NCBI GenBank assembly: GCA_051294905.1
Contig: CM119372.1
Location: 16,370,001-16,434,000, forward strand
Direction: 5' to 3'
Origin: Botryllus schlosseri
Taxonomy: Eukaryota
DNA length: 64,000 nt
Made by a program: the position numbers and the translations under genes. Positions 54,117-64,000 of the stretch are shown piece after piece. Position 1 is the first letter of the stretch, and every line of letters starts with the position of its first letter. The notes below the pieces were generated by a model that saw only the letters and a program-made list of their open reading frames with translations, had not been told where the DNA came from and made no database searches.

Positions 54117-57100
54117 GGTCAATGTTTCAAATTGTTACGACATACGTTCCAAAGGCCCTAATTCGTAAAACAACTCACTCGGGGCCTACGATATCGTAGG
54201 CCCCGAGTCACTCAATGTTCATGATTGCTATATGAATATGTCACCATCACCTATAAAGGATTAACAGGCATGTCTAAAAAATAGAAGGCCGAAATCTAAA
54301 ATTCAAAGAGCATTAAAAATTTGTTGACTGGAGCCCTTTCAGATTGTGCCCACCGGGTAGTCGTGTTCAAGGAGCATGATTAAGTCGGTGTTATGACAGA
54401 AACACGGTACGGTACGGTACAGACACTCGGTCAAGGAAGGGCGAATCTCAAAAGAAGTGCAAGCTTCGCTCAACAACCGGCTATTTCACCAAGCTGCACA
54501 TTGCTCGGAAGGCAGAGATCAAGACAATAAGCTTTGTAGTATCCCGAATACATTTAAAGCCTTAATAGAAAAAAAAAACATGGATTGGGGTTTACAGAGA
54601 GTTCAAATGTATCATGTTTAACATTGTTTCTAATTAAGACGGCTAATAAAAATTAGTTTCTGATAATAAACTGTCACTTCTCATATCAACGCAGCCACTG
54701 AGCAGCATTTATCACCAATGTAATTCGCTGCTTTCAATTTAGAAATAAAATTAATACGCTGCAGAATATATACTTCAAATTATGATTCGGCCCGCCAACG
54801 TATTTTCCGCTCCTCATTTGGCCCGCGGAGATAAATAATTGCCCACTCCTGATCTATATGATCTTGAACTTCAGTCTGATATATTCAAATCGAGAACAAC
54901 TTTAATACGGAGCTGCATGCGGCCAAGGTTTCATTGGACCATCGGATACGCAAATATATAATTTTGAAATTTTCAATAGTTCACATTATTATATATAGCA
55001 AAAATATTATTTACTTTTCGATCGCAAATTCCTGCTAACTCAGTATTCCCATAGTTTCGGATACGTCTATTCTGCAGTGAAATGTATGCATGAATGGTGG
55101 CATATCGCCGATTCACTAGAAAGCTAGGATTTGCCTTTAGTAACTCATTTTTTGTTGTTGTTTGCTTTCGGTTATTGTGCTCGTCAGACACATAACCGGT
55201 ATTCAAAAGTAATAAAATAAGTACTAGAGTAGGTAATTATTTATCAATCACGGTATTGCCAATGACGGGGATTGGGAATTTCCGTTTCTGTTCACAGTAT
55301 ATCTCCAAGACTTTGGGATTTGAGAGAAAATAATAATAAATAGTAAAAAAATTAGTGCGATCGCCACTATGCAATAAAACGCACGCCTAGTTTCGAAATT
55401 ATAGTTTACAAATTGCACTAGAAAGCTTAGATGTTGATAATAATGAAGGTATGGCGGAATGCTTCTGTCCTGAACTATCAGTTTGATTGTGGTGACAGAG
55501 ATATATCGAAATTCCGCAACTCTGTAGTTTAAATCTGTAATATACCGAATGCATGTCTTTCTTTTACGGAGATATGTGACATTCATGTTTATCGCTACGG
55601 AATTGGGTGGATGCTTTAGAAGCAAGTGCATGCCTATCGATATAATGGCAACATCGGCAACTATGTCGGTTATTGAAATGTCGTTGGTATGTCACCACAT
55701 TATTGCAGAAACGCTGGCATACAGTGGTATAGTAACGCTTCAAATGTTATTGCATTTATTAGATACAACTGTCGGCCGATATTGCTACTAAAAATTTTCG
55801 TCTGGATCGTCATCAACAAGGCAGCGTTATAAGTTTTCAAATATCAAGCTATAGTCAAGACACGTCGCGTAACGCTGTGATTATTAAATCATATAACCTT
55901 AATAGTAGCACTGGGAGTAGTAGGGTTTGATCAAATATACGCCCGCCAATCCCAGAAGGCCACGTCGCCTTAATTGCCACGCCTACATTGCCACATCATC
56001 CGCCCATTGCCGCGCCTATGGGACGCCTATTGCCACATCATCCATCCATTGCTATATCATCGCTGCATTGATTTCCGCATCTTGATACTTTTCTCAGATA
56101 TTGTATTATGTGTATTTAGGACTAATATCATCCGTCCATATTTTTTAAACTTGATTTTATGTGTACAAGTTACGGTTTCTGCAGTTTCCACATTTTACGA
56201 CTTATGATTGCTGCGTCAAAACTTACCTTGGCTAGAATCGACAGATTTTCTATTATGTGTATTTAGGACTATGTATTTAAATTCCTATTCAGATTATACA
56301 TAAATGCGAAAACTATGATGTCTATGTAAGGTTATATTCTCCGGATAATATTATTAATATCAAAATTCTACACATCATCACTAATTACTTAATATAAAAT
56401 GTGATTTTGAGCGCTGCGACTTGATAATATGAACCCCTACGCTTCTGATGCATGATTTTTTGTGATAAGGACCTAGGTAACATTCAGAGTCTGCAACGAT
56501 TGTTTGGATATACATTATAGCAATACCCCGCTAAACTATAGGCGGTTATATTACTCTATTGCTCAGAGATAACTCATCCGTCCATATTTTTAAACTTGAT
56601 TTTATGTATACAAGTTACTGTCTCTGCAGCCTCCACATTTTACGACTTATTTTCATTAGACGCAGGCAAGCGATTCTCCAGTTCGGAGCTACGGAAACAA
56701 ATCACTCGCATGTGCGCGTTCCGAATAGTCTTGTAGAATTTTCTAAAGTCGTAACAGCTTAGTAGCATATACGCGAATCCCAAGGTGAAAATAATCGAAT
56801 GAACTATAGCCGTAGGCGTGCGATTCGCAGGGCTTTATTTATACAAACTCTATCGATGCCTGTACACGAACCCCAGCGTTAAAACGATTAGGTCTAATTA
56901 ACACGTTCTGAAGCCGAAAATTTAGTCAACATCATTGAGATAGCCATGATTTGAAGATGGTGATCGAGTGTGACAATAGCACTCGCCAAGGTTAGACAAA
57001 CATAACCTTAAACTACTCTCTACTTCACAAAATATAAAGTTATAAAAGTAAGCAGATTTTGTCGATATTGCTTTGTGATGATTTTGATGTTGTTCCATAC

Positions 57101-58632
57101 CGATTGGGAAGATAGGACTCCTAATTCCTTAACTAACTACATAATCCCTAGTAACGTAGTCAGACGCATAACGGAATTTACGCAAATCGATATTGCTCTG
57201 CGATAATTTTGACCACTATGTTTTGATAATAACTTGCTTCCGAGAGATAGATAACATTCATTATACGTTAGATGATACTTTTCCTTTATATTCTATTATG
57301 TGTATTTAGGGCTAATGCGACATCACTATGTTTGCGACAGGCCTGATTTGAACACGCTAATTTTGCAAATTAAACTTATCACCCAACACGAACACTCAAT
57401 GAAGAGCACCCCGGAGCACCCACATAAATGCTCCACAATTTGTGACGTATTATATACTGAGCATATAATAAGCTGACAAAACTGATACTTGAGTACTCCG
57501 AAATGTACAAGTACTTTACCTTTACACGACGTTTTTGTAAAATGAATACTAATGGTACGCGAATGATCATAGACTAAGCTTGCTTTCAGAGTTGGAAACT
57601 AAATGCATATGAAAATTTAACTATGTTTTCCCCTCACGCATCAGATGTAGGCCTACTCAAGTGTTTATGAGGCGACGAATAGTTCGAAGGTTGTTGGGAT
57701 GCAAGGACGTCACATAGAATTGTGGAGTTTTCTGTAAACTATATTCCAGTGATCTATTTTCAATCACTATACTTTTATTAATCTAAACTAAGTACTGTTA
57801 GTAGGCAAATCCTAGAAAAGTATCCTCTGATAAAAGCAGGAGTAATTCGTTATCTCTGAAATAAATAGATAGCGCGCAATATGAGCGGTGTTACGATGAC
57901 TGACAAATACTTTGAATTAATGCATAGAAGTAGCGATTTCGAACTACGTAAAAAGTTAGTCGAGCTCACGCATTTTCCATTAAGTTTCGAAGATGCGTTT
58001 TATAATTGCTCTAGGTGTGAAATAGACATCGCACTCTTGCGGGGAAACAACATGAATTCAGTTTTCACACCGCAGAAACACAGCCGCTTGGTTAACATCA
58101 CAAAACCGCAATTGAACTCAAGATTGCCATACACGGAATCGCTGTTAACCATGTCTGACTGCGGCGTTTCGACGAGTAACGAATTCTCGTATTTAGTAAT
58201 GATTGTGACACATAGTCAAAACAGCGACAGTTTTCACAACCCGGTACATACATTGAACCAACTGATGTAAGGTGAAACACTACGTTCGCAGCAAAAAAAA
58301 GTTTGCAGGGTATGACCACCACCAACATATAGAGTAGTGAGTGAGTAATTAAACTACATACCCCGATTTTACTATATTCCGAGATCCGGATCACGATTCA
58401 AGTCTACCTGAGAATCCGAACTACCCTGTGAAGTTGATATATCAAGTTGTGAACCGTGAAAGGGTTGTAATCTCGGTGAAATAGTGTGCGACACATTTTT
58501 CCACAAGTCGAATGCATGTCGGTTCATACTAAGACCATTAGGAATTTGCACAATGACAGGTTATTGAAACCGATGCCAAAACTCAGTATAATAGATTGAT
58601 ATTGACCGCGTGTATGTTTGACATATATGCAG

Positions 58633-58740
58633 CATCTTGGATCGGCGGTGGAGCACTGAATGGCACTGCAGAAGTCATCTACTCTCCTAAGCTTGGACTG
58701 ATCTGGGCTATTGCGCCACTGTGTTACGGGTTTAGTGTTC
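58633..58740 (+). pseudogene. Orphan exon fragment of a high-affinity choline transporter (SLC5A7/CHT1-like) gene
   Basis: tgcag acceptor followed by (A)SWIGGGALNGTAEVIYSPKLGLIWAIAPLCYGFSV, matching the recalled CHT1 segment ATWVGGGYINGTAEAVY..GLAWAQAPIGYSLSL. Truncated by a local repeat (also present at ~57508). Confidence 0.75.
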
Positions 58741-59149
58741 AAGTACTTTATCTTTACACGACGTTTTTTGTAAAATGAATACTAATTTTATTGAAAAAAT
58801 AAAAAATAAAAAAGAGCGAAAAATTACATTATATCCCGGAACGCAACAAGAAAAATCGTATGAATTTGTAAACTACTTGTTCATGACATAATAATAATTC
58901 TACTTGTATACTTTTTCACATTTTATAACACTTTAAGTAATACTTAACAGTTTCAGTTTTAAATAAAATACGGAATATAAACTAATCGAAAAATTCGGTA
59001 ACCAATTTCGCGTAGGCTATGCATGCATACAAATGAGGAAAGTTACATCAACGCGTGTTAAAGTAGCTGTATCGAGTTATCGAATGATTTTCTCCTTACA
59101 TCAAAACAACTAGAATGTATAACTAAATTAAAAAACGTATCTAAATGAG

Positions 59150-60300
59150 CTCCAGGGCATTGTGATTATGCTGCATACCAAATTTCATCACACATTTCAT
59201 GATGGAACAACTTTAAAACTAACGCAGTTCTATAGCAACTTTTGCCTAAATCTGTTTTCGGTAGCGTGTACATATACATAGTCAGATTTAATAACAGAAT
59301 TATCATGCTAATATGTGACTCCTCACCTTGAAACTAGGTACGTAGTTGTAGGACATTGTGATTATGCAGCATACCAAATTTCCTCACGCATTTCATAATG
59401 GAACAACTTTAAAACTAACGCGGTTCTACATCGACTTTTTGCGTACATCTGTTTTGCGTGGGGGGCGTATAGCACGTACCTATACATAGTCAACTTTAAC
59501 AACGGAATTACCATGCTTAACATTGATACCCAACTCGAAACTTGATACGTAGTTGTAGGACATTATGGTAATGCAACATGCTAAATTTCATCACACATCT
59601 AATGATGGAACACCTTTAAAACTAACGCAGTCGAATACCGACTTTTACGCATATCTGTTTTGCGTGAACATAGCAGATACCTATACATAGTCAATTTTAA
59701 TAGCAGAATTACCGTGTTAAACATTGAATTCCCACCTTGAAAGTTGGTACGCGGTTAAAGGAGATTATAACAATGCACCATACCAAATCCCATCACACAT
59801 TTCATGATGTAACACCTTTAAAACCAACGCAGTTCTATACAGACTTTTGGCTAAATCTGTTTTTCCGTAGCGTAGCACGTACCTATACATAGTCAACTTT
59901 AATAACGGATTTAGCATGTTAATAATCGACTCCCCACCTTGAAACTCGGTACGCAGTTGTAAGACATTATGACAATGAACCATGTCAAATTTTGTTACGC
60001 ATTTCATGATTGAACAACTTTAAAACTAACGCAGTTCCATACCGACTTTTGCGAGTGCGTAGCACGTACCTATATGCATACTCAACTTTCATAACGGAAT
60101 TACCGAGCTAAACATTGAATGCGCAACTTGAAGATTGGTTCACAGGTGTAGGGCAGTATGACAATGGAACACATCAAATTTCATCACACATTTCATGATG
60201 GAACACCTTTAAAACTAACGCAGTTCTATACCAACTTCGCGTGAATCTGTTTGCGGGAGCGTAGCACGTACCTATGCGTGATCAACTTTAGTGATGGAAT
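59150..60300. repeat. ~200-bp tandem satellite (about 6 units), mirrored at 63085-64000
   Basis: aatttcatcacacatttcatgatggaaca(a/c)ctttaaaactaacgcagtt recurs at ~59181, 59377, 59584, 59786, 59988, 60177. Confidence 0.9.
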
Positions 60301-63300
60301 TACATATGTAATTAAGTTTCAACACTTTTACAATGATTCGTCTTGCTTCCTATAACACCCCACTCGAGAAAATGCGTCGTAGGATATAGATGAAACTAGC
60401 ACCACTCATCAAGACCGCTGAAAACAGTACATTTCAACATTTAGTAGCAGTACATTTCTAGTAAAGTACGAGACGTGATGATTTCCGAGTGAGTTAAAAA
60501 GTAAGTATTGCAGGTATAGTTTACCTGAAAACCGAATACTCTGAAATAGAAGTAGATGCAGTGTAAATAGTTAATCACTTGATTAAGTTTAGTGCAAGCA
60601 GATAAAACCTATACTTGAGTAGTACAAAATGCACGAGTACTTCGCTATCGCCTCCCTCCACGTAATAAGTGTCTACGGTTTAAGACTGCTTTTACCGATA
60701 CTTGTCGGTTTCAGTTTTAGATAGAATTCGGAAACCAAATAATTTCATAAACATAAGCTAATTTAATGAATTTACTCGAATGTACTATGCCGCGCTGATA
60801 AGATTAATTATAATATACTTATCATGTTACAGCGATTTTTCTAGCGTAGAAATCTTTAAAATGTAGTAAGCAGACCAAATGAAGATATTCGTTGAGCTGA
60901 ATAAACATAAAAAATACTCTAGACTACTTTATCGGTACTTTACAGTTACAGTTTTAGATAAAATTTGTCCCTTTCACCTATAATTACAACTCCTCGCTAT
61001 CTAAACATGTTTAGAATATATTATTTGCGATGATACGAACCCGTGAAGTACTCAAGTTGCTTTTCGTAGGATATAGATGAAACTGACAACACTCACCAAG
61101 ACCAGTGATCCACTGAAAAAAGTACATTGTAGCAGTAAAGTCCTACTAAAGTACAAGAAGTAATGATTTCCCAGTTAGTTAAAAAGTAAGTATTGAGGTA
61201 TAGTTTGCTCGAAAAAGCGAAAAACTCTGACATAGAAGTAGATGCAGTGTAAATAGGTAATCACTTCATTAAGTATAGCGCAAGCAGGCCAAACCTATAC
61301 TTAAGTACTGCAAATGTACAAGTACTTCGCTATGTTCTCCCTCCACGTAAAAAGTGACTAGGTTTTAGAGTACTTTATCGGTACTCGACAGTTTCAGCGT
61401 TAGGTAAAATTTGGTAAGACTTTAAATTTTAAAGTAGTTTGAGCTTACGTTTGTATCACCCTGACAAGTAACATTATCAGACATGAAAATGATACTATCA
61501 CCGAATATAGAAGTTAACACGCGTCAATGTGCTTCGGAATTCACGAGAAATTGCTTACTAAGAGAAGTATATTGTTGTATACACAATAGTGGAGAGAATA
61601 TTTAAAATGTAGTAAGCAGGCCGATGGGTATTCGTTTAGTTGTATAGACATAAAAAACATTCCCGCGCGCTCTTAAACAAAACACTTCCTAACCCTACCA
61701 CCTAATACTAAGACGCGCGCGGGAATGTTTTTATGTCTATACAACTAAACGAATACCCATCGACCTGCTTACTACATTTTAAATATTCTCTCCACTATTG
61801 TGTATACAACAATATACTTCTCTTAGTAAGCAATTTCTCGTGAATTCCGAAGCACATTGACGCGTGTTAACTTCTATATTCGGTGATAGTATCATTTTCA
61901 TGTCTGATAATGTTACTTGTCAGGGTGATACAAACGTAAGCTCAAACTACTTTAAAATTTAAAGTCTTACCAAATTTTACCTAACGCTGAAACTGTCGAG
62001 TACCGATAAAGTACTCTAAAACCTAGTCACTTTTTACGTGGAGGGAGAACATAGCGAAGTACTTGTACATTTGCAGTACTTAAGTATAGGTTTGGCCTGC
62101 TTGCGCTATACTTAATGAAGTGATTACCTATTTACACTGCATCTACTTCTATTTCAGAGTTTTTCGCTTTTTCGAGCAAACTATACCTCAATACTTACTT
62201 TTTAACTAACTGGGAAATCATTACTTCTTGTACTTTAGTAGGACTTTACTGCTACAATGTACTTTTTTCAGTGGATCACTGGTCTTGGTGAGTGTTGTCA
62301 GTTTCATCTATATCCTACGAAAAGCAACTTGAGTACTTCACGGGTTCGTATCATCGCAAATAATATATTCTAAACATGTTTAGATAGCGAGGAGTTGTAA
62401 TTATAGGTGAAAGGGACAAATTTTATCTAAAACTGTAACTGTAAAGTACCGATAAAGTAGTCTAGAGTATCTTTATGTTTATTCAGCTCAACGAATATCT
62501 TCATTTGGTCTGCTTACTACATTTTAAAGATTTCTACGCTAGAAAAATCACTGTAACATGATAAGTATATTATAATTAATCTTATCAGCGCGGCATAGTA
62601 CATTCGAGTAAATTCATTAAATTAGCTTATGTTTATGAAATTATTTGGTTTCCGAATTCTATCTAAAACTGAAACCGACGAGTATCGGTAAAAGCAGTCT
62701 TAAACCGTAGACACTTATTACGTGGAGGGAGGCGATAGCGAAGTACTCGTGCATTTTGTACTACTCAAGTATAGGTTTTATCTGCTTGCACTAAACTTAA
62801 TCAAGTGATTAACTATTTACACTGCATCTACTTCTATTTCAGAGTATTCGGTTTTCAGGTAAACTATACCTGCAATACTTACTTTTTAACTCACTCGGAA
62901 ATCATCACGTCTTGTACTTTACTAGAAATTTACTGCTACTAAATGTTGAAATGTACTGTTTTCAGCGGTCTTGATGAGTGGTGCTAGTTTCATCTATATC
63001 CTACGACGCATTTTCTCGAGTGGGGTGTTATAGGAAGCAAGACGAATCATTGTAAAAGTGTTGAAACTTAATTACATATGTAATTCCATCACTAAAGTTG
63101 ATCACGCATAGGTACGTGCTACGCTCCCGCAAACAGATTCACGCGAAGTTGGTATAGAACTGCGTTAGTTTTAAAGGTGTTCCATCATGAAATGTGTGAT
63201 GAAATTTGATGTGTTCCATTGTCATACTGCCCTACACCTGTGAACCAATCTTCAAGTTGCGCATTCAATGTTTAGCTCGGTAATTCCGTTATGAAAGTTG

Positions 63301-64000
63301 AGTATGCATATAGGTACGTGCTACGCACTCGCAAAAGTCGGTATGGAACTGCGTTAGTTTTAAAGTTGTTCAATCATGAAATGCGTAACAAAATTTGACA
63401 TGGTGCATTGTCATAATGTCTTACAACTGCGTACCGAGTTTCAAGGTGGGGAGTCGATTATTAACATGCTAAATCCGTTATTAAAGTTGACTATGTATTG
63501 GTACGTGCTACGCTACGGAAAAACAGATTTAGCCAAAAGTCTGTATAGAACTGCGTTGGTTTTAAAGGTGTTACATCATGAAATGTCTGACGAAATTTGG
63601 TTTGGTGCATTGTTATTATGTCCTACAACCGCGTATCAACGTTCAAGGTGAGAATTTAATGTTTAGCATGCTAATTCTGTTATTAAAATTGACTATGTAT
63701 GGGTATATGCTATGTTCACGAAAAACAGATATGCGTAAAAGTTGGTATTCGACTGCGATAGTTTCAAAGGTGTTCCATCATTAGATGTGTGATGAAATTT
63801 AGCATGGTGAATTGCCATAATGTCCTATAACTACGTATCAAGTTTCGAGTTGGGATTCAATGTTAAGCATGGTAATTCCGTTATTAAAGTTGGTTATGTA
63901 TGGGTAGGCTACGTGCTATACGCTCCCACAAAACAGATGTACGCAAAAAGTCGATGTAGAGCCGCGTTAGTTATAAAGTTGTTCCATCATGAAATGTGTG
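59384..64000. repeat. Large inverted repeat (palindrome), arms >=2.3 kb, 33-nt spacer 61676-61708
   Basis: 61709-64000 is the reverse complement of ~59384-61675. Each arm also holds a diverged ~690-bp direct repeat (starts ~60377 and ~61065). Confidence 0.96.

Larger units (their letters stand above)
34810..55915 (+). repeat. Segmental duplication copy B, expanded by TE insertions
   Basis: See copy A; the left limit cannot be determined because copy A starts before the window. Confidence 0.88.
55916..64000. mobile_element. Large insertion with an AGTAGTAG terminus; possible non-autonomous Polinton/Maverick-derived or foldback element (runs off the window)
   Basis: Paralog homology stops exactly before agtagtag; attgccac subrepeats follow; contains a satellite and a large palindrome. 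No Polinton genes seen. Confidence 0.45.

Noticed and set aside
59765..63784. Twin ORFs MKCVTKFDMVH... on opposite strands
   Set aside because: They are single units of the 200-bp satellite mirrored by the palindrome; neighbouring units contain stops.

Overview
AT-rich, intron-containing invertebrate animal DNA (a tunicate would fit but cannot be proven here), with no sign of prokaryotic operons. It is dominated by nested hAT-type MITEs (8-bp TSDs) and tRNA-derived SINEs. The ORF track misses two real genes. (1) An intronless selenoprotein of the SELENOW2/MIEN1 (Rdx) family at 13762-14037 has an in-frame UGA in a CxxU motif; its candidate SECIS (16692-16764) has been pushed about 2 kb further away by a nested hAT insertion. 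(2) A 6-exon gene on the minus strand (26449-23562) encodes a 247-aa secreted, acidic, two-repeat beta-rich protein that may be CBM2-like. Bases 1-10990 are an old segmental duplicate of about 34810-55915, which provides empty versus filled insertion sites. A 10.5-kb, five-level nested TE stack (42911-53399) contains a broken hAT transposase. From 55916 an insertion starting AGTAGTAG (Polinton/Maverick-like end) carries an orphan SLC5A7-like exon. It runs into a palindrome over 4.6 kb long, centred at about 61692, with a 33-nt telomere-like spacer. All coordinates were read by eye and no searches were run.
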